A stretch of 64,000 nt of DNA, taken from Candidatus Latescibacterota bacterium. Lineage in GTDB: Bacteria; Latescibacterota; UBA2968; GCA-2709665. A model generated the notes under the pieces. The model had not been told where the DNA came from and ran no database searches. It was given only the letters and a program-made list of their open reading frames with translations. Both the position numbers and the translations under genes were made by a program. The stretch lies in assembly GCA_965205485.1 (NCBI GenBank), contig OZ242180.1, positions 1,760,001-1,824,000 on the forward strand. Reading direction: 5' to 3'. The number at the start of each line of letters is the position of its first letter. Position 1 is the stretch's first letter. Positions 1 through 10,292 of this stretch are shown piece by piece.

Positions 1-136
1 GTCCGGCGACGGCTGATGCGGTGGGGGGAATTCAACGCTGAACCGAACGCAAGGTGCATGATCCATTATGTATGCATTTTGCGTCACTGCTGCCTAGGAC
101 AGAAACCGACCTGGAACCGGTGCGGTTGACGTTCCC

Positions 137-287
137 GGGAGCGAGGGCATCCTGCCCTCGAAGGCGAATCGGAGGTGTCTTGGCGCCTTCATTTCAGATG
201 TGGTTACGGATAGGATGGAAGTAATTGGCCCTTGACGTGGAAATTGGTAGGTGACGTGAAGTTCGAGGGCAGGGATGCCCTCGCTCC
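137..287. repeat. REP-like inverted pair (REPIN-like)
   Basis: GGGAGCGAGGGCATCCTGCCCTCGAA (137-162) and its near-exact reverse complement TTCGAGGGCAGGGATGCCCTCGCTCC (262-287); each copy is itself a hairpin. Confidence 0.7.
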
Positions 288-486
288 GGATATCAGTCCA
301 CCAAGCCGTGATTGAAGGCAGATCGCTTTCGGTCGCACGACTCTCGTGTCCGGAGCAGGGACTTGAGGATTTTACCAGGTTCTTCGGCGACCCATAGGGA
401 GAGGATTCCAGATCCGATATGAAATAATCCGGAAACGACGATTTTGGACAGGCCTGAACCTGCTTTTGTTTCTCAATCCTGATTGG

Positions 487-667
487 TTTTTATCCTGCCT
501 TGGGTTCTAATCCAGTTAAACCTGATCGCTTTTGATCCTGCCTTGAGGTTCTAATCCTGCTTAATCCTGGTCGTTTTTGATCTTGCCTTGGCTTCTAATC
601 CTGCTTAATCCTGGTCGTTTTTGATCTTGCTCTTGGATTCTAATCCTGCCGATCCTGTCCATCCGTG
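487..667. repeat. Degenerate tandem repeat, about 4 x 43-45 bp
   Basis: Units start at about 487, 530, 575 and 619; consensus TTTTGATCYTGCCTTGG-TTCTAATCCTGCTTAATCCTGGTCG; no spacers. Confidence 0.85.
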
Positions 668-695
668 TAACTTCCCGCCTGTTGACTTCAACTCG

Positions 696-1763
696 CTAAA
701 CCGTCTGGCTCAGGTTCTTCCGATGCAGGATGAACCAGATGACCACGGGGGCGCCGATGAGGGAGGTCACCGCATTCAGGGGAAGCACGTACTGGCTCCC
801 CGGCAGGTGGGCGAACAGATCGGACAGCAGCGCCAGCGTCGCCCCGAGGCAGATAACGGAAGGCATGAGCACGCGGTGGTCCGACGTGTGCAGGAGGCTG
901 CGGCACAGGTGCGGCACGGCCAGCCCCAGAAACGCGATGGGCCCGCAGAAGGCGGTGGTGGCGCCAGCGAGAACGGAAGCGCTTACCAGGATCCACAGAC
1001 GCGCGCGTTTGACGTTGAGTCCCATGCTTCTGGCGTAATTCTCTCCCAGGAGGAGCGCATTGAGAGGCTTGATGCACAGCAGGGCCAGCAGGAGGCCGAA
1101 CAGCGTCGTGCAGACCAGCACCGGTATCTGGCGCCACGTCACGCTGCCGAAGCTGCCAAACGTCCACAGGATGTACGACTGAATCTGTTCGGGAACACTA
1201 AAGTAGATCAGAATGCTGACGAATGCCGCCGTCGCGTATCCGAACATCAGGCCCAGGATAAGCAGCGTCATCACGCTGCTCACGCTGCGGGAGACCAGCA
1301 GCACGCACCCCAGCACGACAGCGGCGCCCAGAATTGCCGCGGCAGCCAGGCCGAGGTCGCCCACGAAGCCCATCCCGGCGATCAGCACGCCGCCTGCCGC
1401 GCCAGCCGACAACACCACGATGGCCACGCCGAGGCTGGCGCCGGCGCTGATGCCGAGCACGAACGGATCGGCGAGCGGATTACGGAACAGCGTCTGCATC
1501 TGCAGGCCGCTGACAGCCAGCGCGGCGCCGGCCAGCACACCCGTGATCGCCCGCGGCAGACGGATCGTGTGAATGATGATCGCCCATGCGGGAGAGGTCG
1601 CCTCCCTCCCCATGAAAACGTCCAATAGTCCGGCCAGTGGAATGCGGACCGACCCGAGCGACAGGCTCAGACCGAACGCGATCAACAGCAGAAGGAACAA
1701 CCCCGGCACGATGATCGTGCGCCGGGGTCCATCGGGCGCTTCGTTTCTCTGTTCCGATCTCAT
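696..1763 (-). CDS. btuC: FecCD/BtuC-family ABC transporter permease (cobalamin/iron chelate)
   Basis: IRLPRA, QTLFRNPLADPFVLGISAGASLG and GPIAFLGLAVPHL motifs; start at 1763 forms an ATGA overlap with the ATPase stop; B12 locus context. Confidence 0.85.
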   Translation of the reverse strand: MRSEQRNEAPDGPRRTIIVPGLFLLLLIAFGLSLSLGSVRIPLAGLLDVFMGREATSPAWAIIIHTIRLPRAITGVLAGAALAVSGLQMQTLFRNPLADPFVLGISAGASLGVAIVVLSAGAAGGVLIAGMGFVGDLGLAAAAILGAAVVLGCVLLVSRSVSSVMTLLILGLMFGYATAAFVSILIYFSVPEQIQSYILWTFGSFGSVTWRQIPVLVCTTLFGLLLALLCIKPLNALLLGENYARSMGLNVKRARLWILVSASVLAGATTAFCGPIAFLGLAVPHLCRSLLHTSDHRVLMPSVICLGATLALLSDLFAHLPGSQYVLPLNAVTSLIGAPVVIWFILHRKNLSQTV

Positions 1764-2804
1764 CCCGTTTTTCCCGACTCGCGCAGAGCATCTATTCCCA
1801 TTTCGCATCGAATCGCTGCGATTAAGTCGTATATGGAATAAAACTCCATCGTCGTTTCCCCATGATCGAAACGCCAGGTGACGGTTTCGCCGTCCGGGAC
1901 GTCGATGCGGCACCCGGATGCCGAGTCACGCACCTGAAATCCCGCCCTCTCAAGCGCACGCCTCGTCCAATACGCATTCCGACCCTCACCCGTAACTTCG
2001 ACCGCGACCCCCCCGCGCTCCGGTGTGAGCCTGAAAGCGCCCGAATCGGCGTCAAAACGTACGCCATCGCTCCCGAACGCCGCTTCAAAAGCGCCATTCA
2101 GGACCAGGTCCTCCGGCGCGCCGGTCTGCAATGCGCCCTCTGACGGCAGGAGATAGATGCGGTCCCCGCAGCGAAGCGCCAGGTCCAGGTCGTGCGTGGA
2201 GAGGAAGATGGCCTTCCGGGTCGTATGCGCAAGATTCCGCAGTAGAGCCATGATTTCCACACGGCGGGGCAGGTCGAGAAAGGCCGTGGGTTCATCCAGG
2301 ATCATCAGATCCGGCTGCTGCGCCAGCGCGCGCGCGATCATCACCCTCTGGCGCTCGCCATCGCTGAGTTCGGCTACGTTGCGGTGTTCCAGGTCACCGG
2401 CGCCCGCCGCGCGAATCGCCCAGGAAACGGCCTCTTGATCTTCCGGGGTGAAGCGTCCGATCCAATCGGTGTGAGGATATCGTCCCAGGCCGACCAGATC
2501 GCGCACCGTCATGGTACCGGCGCTGACACGGTCGGTGAGCACAACGCTGAGGAGTTGGGCGACTTCCGTCGCGGACATTTCCGCGATATCTTTCCCCGCG
2601 ATATGCACGTGGCCGTTCAGCGGCGGCTGCATCCCGGCGAGCGTGCGCATGAGCGTGGATTTCCCGCGCCGTTGGGACCCAGCAGACAGACGAATTCACC
2701 GTGTTCGAGTGTCACGTCGATATCGCCGGCAACAACGCGTGGCGGCCGACGACCGCTCTTGTAACCGATGGTGAGGTCCTGCGCCGTAAGAATCGCTCAG
2801 TCAC
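1760..2804 (-). CDS. btuD: ABC transporter ATP-binding protein (FepC/BtuD type), apparent frameshifts
   Basis: LSDGERQR signature, ILDEPT Walker B, STHD H-loop. An upstream frame reads ILTAQDLTIGY...GEFVCLLGPNGAG, then a 1-base shift at about 2662 before KSTLMR; a second shift lies next to the GTG at 2804, which follows GGAGG. Confidence 0.8.
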
Positions 2805-2830
2805 CGCGCCTCCGGTAGAATCAAAAGGCT

Positions 2831-3082
2831 TCACTTCAACAGCCCAAGGCGCTCAAGGTCGTTCTCTCCCCACTGAGCTTGACGCTCGACGATTGACTTG
2901 AGCGTACCCACTGCAAAGGTCTGATTCATGTTGTGCAGGTGGACGGTTGTCATTCTCCCATCCGCGTGCACAAAAAAACGGGTCACGCCTTTCCTTCTGT
3001 ATTCGCGAAACCCGTCTCTGTTTAATGCCCGAATCAATCTGCGTGCCGTCAATGAACGAAGCCTGCTATAATCAATAGCCAT
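2831..3082 (-). CDS. hicA: HicA-family toxin (atypical active-site motif)
   Basis: LIRALxRDGF...TTVH...GTLKSIV pattern; 83 aa; downstream of hicB. Confidence 0.8.
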   Translation of the reverse strand: MAIDYSRLRSLTARRLIRALNRDGFREYRRKGVTRFFVHADGRMTTVHLHNMNQTFAVGTLKSIVERQAQWGENDLERLGLLK

Positions 3083-3085
3083 ACG

Positions 3086-3248
3086 GTGTCCTGTCCCAAA
3101 AATATCTTTCCATTCGGCCGCCGATTCATCCCGTCTCGCAGCGTTGCCTTCGCTCGCCGACCTTACGCAGGTCGCCTGCGCTCTGGCGCCTTGCGAGCCG
3201 GGCGACTCGACTGCCGAATTCAGGCAACCTATTTCTGGGTCAGAACAC
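3086..3248. mobile_element. MITE family 1, copy 1
   Basis: Imperfect 19-bp terminal inverted repeats (TIRs) GTGTCCTGTCCCAAAAATA / TATTTCTGGGTCAGAACAC; homologous to 36111, 50613 and 63967. Confidence 0.8.
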
Positions 3249-3517
3249 TAGATGGCTACAGTGACCATCGGCACGTCGCTGATCTCAATTTGTGAAGACG
3301 GCTCGGAAGGGATCTCTTCTCCGTTTTCCAACAGGTACGCAACAAGAAGATCAACAGCGTTCCTTAAATTCTCAAGGGCTTCTTTTTCAGTTTTTCCCCA
3401 GCTTGCAGCTCCTCTATGCTCCAGTGCTGGAATATACGCCCGCCACACCGCATTCGAATCCGGCTCATCGGGCCATTTGTCTTTCTCAAGAACAGCCTTA
3501 AACAAATAGGTTTTCAT
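3248..3517 (-). CDS. hicB: HicB-family antitoxin
   Basis: AYIPAL..GAASWGKTEKEALENLRNAV...GEEIP motif; start MKTYLF after GAGG. Confidence 0.85.
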   Translation of the reverse strand: MKTYLFKAVLEKDKWPDEPDSNAVWRAYIPALEHRGAASWGKTEKEALENLRNAVDLLVAYLLENGEEIPSEPSSQIEISDVPMVTVAI

Positions 3518-3710
3518 TTTTGCCTCAGTTCGGACTATTCCATTACCGATTTGCAAATGAACGGATCTTTCTCGACTCGCCATTCTTCTGGCGTCCAGCA
3601 GATCAGGCCGTCCAAAGACTTCGACAGATGACGTGTCGTGCAGTTGAAACGGCCTGCAAATAATAGCGGACTGTCTGTTGAAATCAACGAATGGAAAGTT
3701 TTCGCGCGGA

Positions 3711-5300
3711 TTATTTCGCCAGCACCATCTTGCGCGACACCACGTCCGCCCCCGCCTGAAGCCGATACAGGTACACGCCCGTACTCACCTGCCGTCCGGC
3801 GGCGTCGCGACCATCCCACGTAACCGTATAGCTTCCCGCGGGCTGGAACCGTCGAACCAGCAGCCGGACCTCCTGGCCCAACAGGTTGTAGATCGCCAGT
3901 TTCACGTCGACCGCTCTTTCCAGGGTATAGCGTATGGTTGTCGCGGGGTTGAACGGATTCGGGCGGTTCGGTCCCAACGATGAAGCAAGCTGGCTGACGG
4001 CGTTTACGTCGCCATTCAGATTGACCTCATACGTCACGCGCCTGCCGGGCATCAGCGGAATGCTGCTCCAGCTGGCGATGGTCTCTCCTTGTGCATTACG
4101 CACGCGCGCCCGGTACATACCGTTTACGCGGCGCTGTTCGTCTGGTGTGACTCTCACCACAGCGCGCCCCGTCTCTTCGGTCGTCTTACGCCACGCAAAG
4201 ACAGGCGCACGTCCGGAAATCGAACGCGAAACCTCGACGGTCAGACCCTCCGGATCGCCATCGCCGACAATCTGTACATCCACCTGGGCGACGTCCTCGA
4301 ATGCGATATCACTCTCCAGATAGATACCCGCTCCCACGACAAACGTTTGACCGAATACATTGACCGGGATCACGTAGCTCAGCTTGGGCGACTTCGTGTC
4401 CTCGTCTCCGATGATCGCGGGATTGTCCCAGTAGTATTTGACGAACCCGCCGCCGGCTTCGGCCTTCGCGATGATTTCCTGTACGATCTTGAGGCCGTTG
4501 ACGTCCTCCACGTCTATCATATTCTCGCCTATCAAACTGAGGTCGGCGGTGCCGTGAAAGATCAGGTGGCCCGAGGAGCTTATGACGAAGATGTATATCG
4601 AACCATGTTTGAAATCCTCGCCCTCGGTCCTGATTGCGGCCTGCACGGTCGCCAGGTACGCATAGCCCTTTTCTTCGATGATGGGAACGAGGACCCTCAG
4701 CCCTTCCACAAAGGCTTTCAGCGACTCTCTGTCCTTGACGTCCCGGGCCGTCACTTCCAGCAGATCAAAGATGTTTGACTCGGCGTCCACGTCCGACAAA
4801 TCCATGTGGAAGCCGCCGACAAGGATGAAGTCATCCCCTCGAATTGCAACCGGAACCGCGTAGGCGACCCTGGAGGGTTTGTCGTCCCCTACCGCTGGAT
4901 CGTCCCAATCGTACTCGACAAACCCGCCGTCGTCATTGGCCGCGGCGAGCATATCCCGGACAATCTTCGTGCCTCTGTCATCCTCGAGATCAATCACGTT
5001 CTTGTCTTCGAATTTCACATCGGCCGCGTGAAAACTCACCACGCCTTCCGGCGTCAGAATGACGAGATAGACCGGGCCGGCTTTCCAGTCGCCCTCGGAC
5101 CTGAATGCCTCCACCAGTCGCCCGACAACGGCGTAGTCGGCGGCGCTCTCGAGGGAGTCCCGGGCCGCTTCTACAAATGCCATCAGCGTCTCTCTGTCTA
5201 CAACTTCGCGCGCTCGTACCCCGTCGTCATGACCGAACGCAGGTGTTGAGCAAAAAAGGAAAGCCGACAGCCCCAGCGCAACGATCGGAGATTTCATCAT
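3711..5300 (-). CDS. Secreted protein: signal peptide + two single-Cache domains + shared unnamed domain + FlgD-Ig/T9SS-like C-terminal domain
   Basis: Two repeats of Y(L/I)..I...FH...D(D/V)(R/N)G.KIV...GGFV.Y.WD.P; C-terminal PNPFNPATTIRY...IYNLLGQEVR...WDGRD..G..VSTGVYLYRL; no transmembrane helix or output domain. Confidence 0.8.
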   Translation of the reverse strand: MMKSPIVALGLSAFLFCSTPAFGHDDGVRAREVVDRETLMAFVEAARDSLESAADYAVVGRLVEAFRSEGDWKAGPVYLVILTPEGVVSFHAADVKFEDKNVIDLEDDRGTKIVRDMLAAANDDGGFVEYDWDDPAVGDDKPSRVAYAVPVAIRGDDFILVGGFHMDLSDVDAESNIFDLLEVTARDVKDRESLKAFVEGLRVLVPIIEEKGYAYLATVQAAIRTEGEDFKHGSIYIFVISSSGHLIFHGTADLSLIGENMIDVEDVNGLKIVQEIIAKAEAGGGFVKYYWDNPAIIGDEDTKSPKLSYVIPVNVFGQTFVVGAGIYLESDIAFEDVAQVDVQIVGDGDPEGLTVEVSRSISGRAPVFAWRKTTEETGRAVVRVTPDEQRRVNGMYRARVRNAQGETIASWSSIPLMPGRRVTYEVNLNGDVNAVSQLASSLGPNRPNPFNPATTIRYTLERAVDVKLAIYNLLGQEVRLLVRRFQPAGSYTVTWDGRDAAGRQVSTGVYLYRLQAGADVVSRKMVLAK

Positions 5301-5366
5301 GGTCGCCTTTCTGCAGGACGTCCGTGGATCAGGATGAGCATGGGAGACCAAGATAGCGGCGGGACC

Positions 5367-6347
5367 TCAGAAAGTCAACCCGTGCGGGCGCAAAATGAAC
5401 AAACACGCCGCCGCCGTGCCTGTCGCGTACAGACATGTGGCAATGACGAACGCGCACATACGCCGCATGTCCCCGGGCTGTCCGCCTTCCGGGTCGGATC
5501 CGTCACCCAGCCAGAGGTCGGTTATCTTCTTTCCATCCTGCCAGATGGGACCCGCGAGACGGCGCTGCAACGCGCCCGCGGCCGTCGCTTCGCTCCAGCC
5601 GGAATTCGGACCGGGAACGAGCGCGTGCTGTCGCCAACCGTTAAGCAGCGCCTTGCGGGCGGAACATCCGGGCAGAAGGAAGGCGACGACTACCATCCCA
5701 AGATAGGTCAATCTTGCCGGGACATAATTGAGCATGTCGTCCATCCGGGCGCCGCACCAGCCGAAGTAACGGTATTGCGGTGTCCTGAATCCCACCATGG
5801 AGTCCATGGTACTCACCACCTTGAAGAAGACGATCCCTGGAAGTCCCATAACCACGTACCAGAAGATGGGCGAAACAAACCCGTCCACCGCGTTCTCGCT
5901 CAAGCTCTCCATACCCGCCCGCCGGCAGGCCGCGGCATCCATCCTCTGGGTATCCCGGCCGACGAGCATCGAAACCGCCCTTCGCGCGCCATCCGGATCG
6001 GCGGCGCGATCGATGGCCATCCCGTGTCTGCACAGGTCCTTGAGCGCGATCATACTAAATATAATATATGCCTGGAAGATCCATCCGATATCGTATTGGA
6101 AATGACTGAGAGTAATCGCCAATCCACAGATAAGCCCAATCCAGAACGCGGAGAGGAGCAACATCAGCATACAACCGCCCGCGTATCCGTCCAGACCGAG
6201 ACGGCGCAGCATCCGCTCGAAAATGGAGAGCGTACCACCCATCAGGCGAATGGGGTGCCACGCAAAGACCGGGTCACCGAACAGCCCGTCCAGAAACACC
6301 GCGAAGAGGAGAAGAATCGGGTCAGGCGCAAGCAGGGTCAGGTCCAT
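5367..6347 (-). CDS. cbiB: Adenosylcobinamide-phosphate synthase CbiB/CobD
   Basis: FGDP...HPI, LVGRDT, ESLSENAVDG, STMDSMVG, DDMLNYVPARL and PNSGWSEA motifs. Confidence 0.92.
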   Translation of the reverse strand: MDLTLLAPDPILLLFAVFLDGLFGDPVFAWHPIRLMGGTLSIFERMLRRLGLDGYAGGCMLMLLLSAFWIGLICGLAITLSHFQYDIGWIFQAYIIFSMIALKDLCRHGMAIDRAADPDGARRAVSMLVGRDTQRMDAAACRRAGMESLSENAVDGFVSPIFWYVVMGLPGIVFFKVVSTMDSMVGFRTPQYRYFGWCGARMDDMLNYVPARLTYLGMVVVAFLLPGCSARKALLNGWRQHALVPGPNSGWSEATAAGALQRRLAGPIWQDGKKITDLWLGDGSDPEGGQPGDMRRMCAFVIATCLYATGTAAACLFILRPHGLTF

Positions 6348-7462
6348 TTCAGACGCCATCCGAGGGCGAGCGCATCGTAGACGAGATCCAGCGGGGCGTT
6401 TTCCTTTGTGTGAAGCCTGGCGTAACAGGACGGCCACGCTTCGGGTTTCGCCGCCAGTGAGGCCGCCAACGTGGCTGCCTGCTGCCGCAACACCGGATCG
6501 GCCAATGCTTGCGAGAGCGTTCCGTACCGCACGCGGTCCCAGACTGCCGCGTACGCGTAAGCCGCAGCGGACACGCGCGGCTCATAGACGACGGACTCCA
6601 GGTTTTTTTCCAGCAATACGCGTTCTGCTTCCTTCAGGCGTTGGTCCATTGCCCGCAGGAACCGGTCGCGCCCGATCCCAAACCGTTTCAGCGCGTGGAA
6701 AATGCTCCTCGTATGAGACGGCTCCAGGCCGTTCTGCCATCGCAGGGACTCCAGTGTGGCCTTGCGTACCGCCCGCCCGATCAGCTCCCCCAGTTTCGCG
6801 TGATGGCCCGCGTTGGTCTTTGGTACTCTCGTTTCGTCCAGCGGCGACGCGATACAATACTGGTCGGTACCGGTGCCCGTAGCGAGGTCGTGAGAATAAC
6901 GGCTGGATATTGCGAGGTCACGCAGTGCGGCGGATTTGCCCTCGGTCATCGTGACCGCCGCCCGCGCCATTGCGCCCGGCGTGAGCGGCCAGTTGATGAG
7001 TAGCATGGTGTTGATGGTGCCGGCGTGCGGATTCGTCCGGATCCATTCCGCGTCCTCTTCGTGCCAGGTCGCCGGATCACCCGCACATCCGGCATTGCCC
7101 TCCACGCCCGCCGTCACGACCGCACATACACGCAATTCCGCGTGGGTTTCCACGACGTGGGCGGCACAGTTCATATTCGCGGCCGTCCCCATCACGGCGA
7201 CCTGATCCGGAGGCAGGCTGCGTTCCGCACAAACGTGGCGGTGATAGCCCGCCTGGCCGAGTTGCCTGATCAACGCAAAGCGGGCTTCGTGTCCCGCGCC
7301 CTCGCAACTCTGGTGATTCACCAGGAACCGGATGCCCGTGCACAGCCCGCCGCGATGCGCCGACGTACTCAGCACCTGGTGGGGCGTGTGCAATTCGACG
7401 ATCAGGAAGCGCCCATCGCGCTTCAGACCGTAGTGTTCGTGGCGATCGAGGTATTCGTTCAT
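6338..7462 (-). CDS. cbiZ: Adenosylcobinamide amidohydrolase CbiZ
   Basis: MGTAANM, VTAGVEGNA, GTINTML, TEGKSAAL and ATGTGTD motifs; overlaps cbiB. Confidence 0.9.
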   Translation of the reverse strand: MNEYLDRHEHYGLKRDGRFLIVELHTPHQVLSTSAHRGGLCTGIRFLVNHQSCEGAGHEARFALIRQLGQAGYHRHVCAERSLPPDQVAVMGTAANMNCAAHVVETHAELRVCAVVTAGVEGNAGCAGDPATWHEEDAEWIRTNPHAGTINTMLLINWPLTPGAMARAAVTMTEGKSAALRDLAISSRYSHDLATGTGTDQYCIASPLDETRVPKTNAGHHAKLGELIGRAVRKATLESLRWQNGLEPSHTRSIFHALKRFGIGRDRFLRAMDQRLKEAERVLLEKNLESVVYEPRVSAAAYAYAAVWDRVRYGTLSQALADPVLRQQAATLAASLAAKPEAWPSCYARLHTKENAPLDLVYDALALGWRLKWT

Positions 7463-7472
7463 AAGCAGAAAA

Positions 7473-8290
7473 AGCTGTCAGCTATCAGCCGTCAGCCATC
7501 AGCTAAAGGCAAAAGGCAACGTCAAAAGCGACATCTCCCCGCCACACCGCAGATCTCTCTCCCCGGCCCAACGCCTCCGGCGGGCGAAGGAAAACACGGG
7601 ATCAAAACCAAAAATCAAAACCCCTTTTCCCCAAATTCCCTGCCTACGGCGTGTTCCTTTTGAAGCGACCAAAAGGAACCAAAAGTCGCCGCTGGGCGCG
7701 GGGCCTGCCTAATGCATGGCGCGAATACCCTAACAGGACGCACCGGATACGCTGGCCTGCCAATTTACGAGAATAACGCAAATCGGTGGGGGACGGAACA
7801 ACGCGCCCTGCTCTCGTAGTACTCTCGAAAGGCATCGCGTCTGTAAACGGTGTGGCCTCCAGGGTTGGAGCAGCTTTGAGCCCTCAGCCACCAGCCAAAA
7901 GCGGGTAGACGTAAGACGGGAGAGGGGAGAGTTCGGATGCCGTAACGGGTTTCTTCTCATGCCGCAGGCAAGTCGGAAGAATAGACCGGCAAGGGCTTCT
8001 TCTCCCGTCTACCCTCTACCGTCTCACCGCCTTTTGGCGACCTCTCTCCCCGGGCCTCTTTCATAATGGAAAGAGGGAGAAAAGCAGATCTTGCCCAACC
8101 CATGCATTTCACATCCGGCGACCGGGGGTATGGGGGGTTTTTCCGTGCTGATCCGTCCATCGCATTGGTATTGGCACTGCTGAAGGGTTGGCAGGCCACC
8201 CTATTCTCATTTTTACCTCTGAAGTGATTCACGGAAAAACCGGCCCCCTGCCGAAGGGCGCGCTTCTTTTTGGTCCTTTTTCTTCCGCGC
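7473..8290. repeat. Composite dispersed repeat, copy A, left part
   Basis: Modules (TCAGC heptads, GGGAGAC/GTCTCCC hairpin, GGTTTTTCCGTG...CACGGAAAAACC stem) shared with 37950-38530. Confidence 0.8.
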
Positions 8291-10036
8291 CAGAGTGTGT
8301 CAAAAGTAATTATAGATTGTTTCTATCGTTGATCATGCTTACCGTTATGAAGTCCTTGTCGGTTTCCCATCCAAAAGGTGGAAAAAATGGATTTCATTCG
8401 CGGTGAGTCAAGAGATCAAGGCACGTTGTTTCCGGAGCATTTGGACGATTACATCGATGAAGAAAACCCGGTGCGTTTTATCGATGTGTTTGTTGATGAC
8501 CTGGAACTGAGCGCGTTGGGTTTTCAACGCATCGCCCCTGCCTGGACGGGGCGTCGGCCTTATGATCCGCGTGATTTGCTCAAGCTCTACATCAACGTTA
8601 TCTCAATCGGATTCGGTCTTCTCGAGATTAGAGCGTGAGACGCATCGCAACGTGGAAGTGATGTGGCTTCTCAGGCGGCTGCGTCCGGATCACAAGACGA
8701 TAGCCAATTTTCGTAAGGACAATCCCAAAGCCTTTAAGGGGGTCTTTCGCGCCTTCACTGTCGTTTGTCGGCGGTTGTCGCTTTATGGGGGTGAGTTGAT
8801 CGCCGTTGACGGTAGTAAATTCAAAGCCGTGGTCCCCAACGCAATTTTACCAAGGACAAGTTGAAAAGAAGGCTTCAAGAACTTGATGCAAAGATCGAGC
8901 GATATCTTCAAGAATTAGATGACCAGGACGCTCAAGACGCAAAAGCGTCATCGTCGGAAGCGGATCCTTCTCTAAGTGAGAAAATGCAACGCCTGAAAGA
9001 ACGAAAAGTGACGTATACGCACCTGTTGGAGGACCTTGAGGCGCGCGGAGAAACCCAGGTCTCGCTGACGGACCCGGACTCTCGAGCGATGCCTAAGAGT
9101 CCGAAAGCCAAAGTGGGATACAATGTCCAGGCAGCCACCGACGATAAGCATCAGCTCATTGTGGAAGAGGATGTGACCAATCAGGCCAATGACAAGGCAC
9201 AGCTGAGCAAAATCAGTATCGGTGCCAAAAAGGTCTTGGACGTGAAGGCCTGCCGCGTGGTTGCCGATGGTGGCTATTACAATGGTGAAACGATCAAAGC
9301 CTGCGTTGAGAAACATATCGAGCCGTATGTGCCCAAACCCGATACATCCAACAGCAAAAGCAGAGGCTTATATAGTAAAGACGACTTCATCTATGATCCC
9401 CAACAGGATCACTATTTATGTCCTGCCGGGCAAGTGCTCACCTATGCTTATGACGCCACGTATCGGAAGAAAAAAGCTGACCCTGGTGTCGTCAAAAAAC
9501 ATTACACGACATCGGCGTGTACAACCTGCGGGGTGCGGTCCTTATGCACCACAAACAAGAATGGACGCATTCTCACGCGGTGGGTACATGCTCCTGGATG
9601 AGATGGCGCAGCGTCTGGAAGAAAACCCCGGGGTGCTTCACAAACGACGAGAAATGGTCGAGCATCCCTTCGGCACACTCAAGTTCTGGTATGGGTATGC
9701 CCACTTTCTTGTCAAAGGCCTCGACAAGGGGGGCCGAGTTCTCGTTGATGACCCTTGCAGGCACAATATCAAGCGCGCCATCAACCTCGTCGGTGTGCCC
9801 AAAATGGTTGACGCCGTCGGCTGAGAAGCTCATCCGACATTGCCTTGCCCGTCAGACTATGGGTTTAGACGCCCACGTGAGGCACTTCTGTGGCCGGATC
9901 TCAAAGACTTGCAAGGAACCTCTTGACCGTAGCACCGATGACTGGGAATCCGCAACGACCTTGACCTGATCATGAGACACACCCTGGAGACAATCTGACC
10001 CATCTGTGATTATACTGAGAGTTTTTGCACACTCTG
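8291..10036 (+). mobile_element. IS1182-family insertion sequence
   Basis: TIRs CAGAGTGTGTCAAAA and TTTTTGCACACTCTG (13/15 match); GCGC duplicated at 8287-8290 and 10037-10040. Confidence 0.9.
8387..9824 (+). pseudogene. IS1182 transposase, split by about four frameshifts
   Basis: LFPEHLDDYI..NPVRFID, GRRPYDP, PDHKTIANFRKDN, AVDGSKFKA, SLTDPDSR, GYNVQ, ADGGY and VEHPFGTLK spread over four ORFs. Confidence 0.85.
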
Positions 10037-10290
10037 GCGCATAAGAAAAAGGACGTAAAAAAAGGAAAAATAAGAATTTATCACAAAAGAGCCGACTTGC
10101 AAATGACAAATCCTTTTTTGCCTTTCTGTTCAAAATCGTGCCTACGTCGTGTTCCTCAAAAGCGGGAAGACGTGAGAGGGAAGAGGGGAGAGATTGCCTG
10201 CCTTGTAAGGTCTCGTCTCGCGCCGGAGGCAGGCTGGAAAACAATACCGGGCGATGATTTCTTCTACCGTCTCCCCTCTAACCGTTTCTT
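10037..10290. repeat. Composite dispersed repeat, copy A, right part
   Basis: GCGCATAAGAAAAAGGACGTAAAA...GCAAATGACAAA...TGCCTACG.CGTGTTCCT plus hairpin; collinear with 38281-38530. Confidence 0.8.
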
Positions 10291-10292
10291 CA

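Noticed and set aside
487..667. CRISPR array
   Set aside because: Units are contiguous with no unique spacers, and there are no cas genes in the window
621..1628. 335-aa plus-strand ORF and similar long overlapping ORFs (5334-6380, 26945-28021, 41505-43103, 51582-53066)
   Set aside because: Antisense shadows of well-supported genes, expected in GC-rich DNA; no recognisable motifs
7690..7895. Known ncRNA or intron fragment inside the composite repeat
   Set aside because: Some pairing (TACGAGA/TCTCGTA) but no family consensus I recognise; needs an Rfam search
8387..9824. Programmed frameshifting in the transposase
   Set aside because: IS1182 transposases are single ORFs; several scattered shifts point to decay or sequencing error
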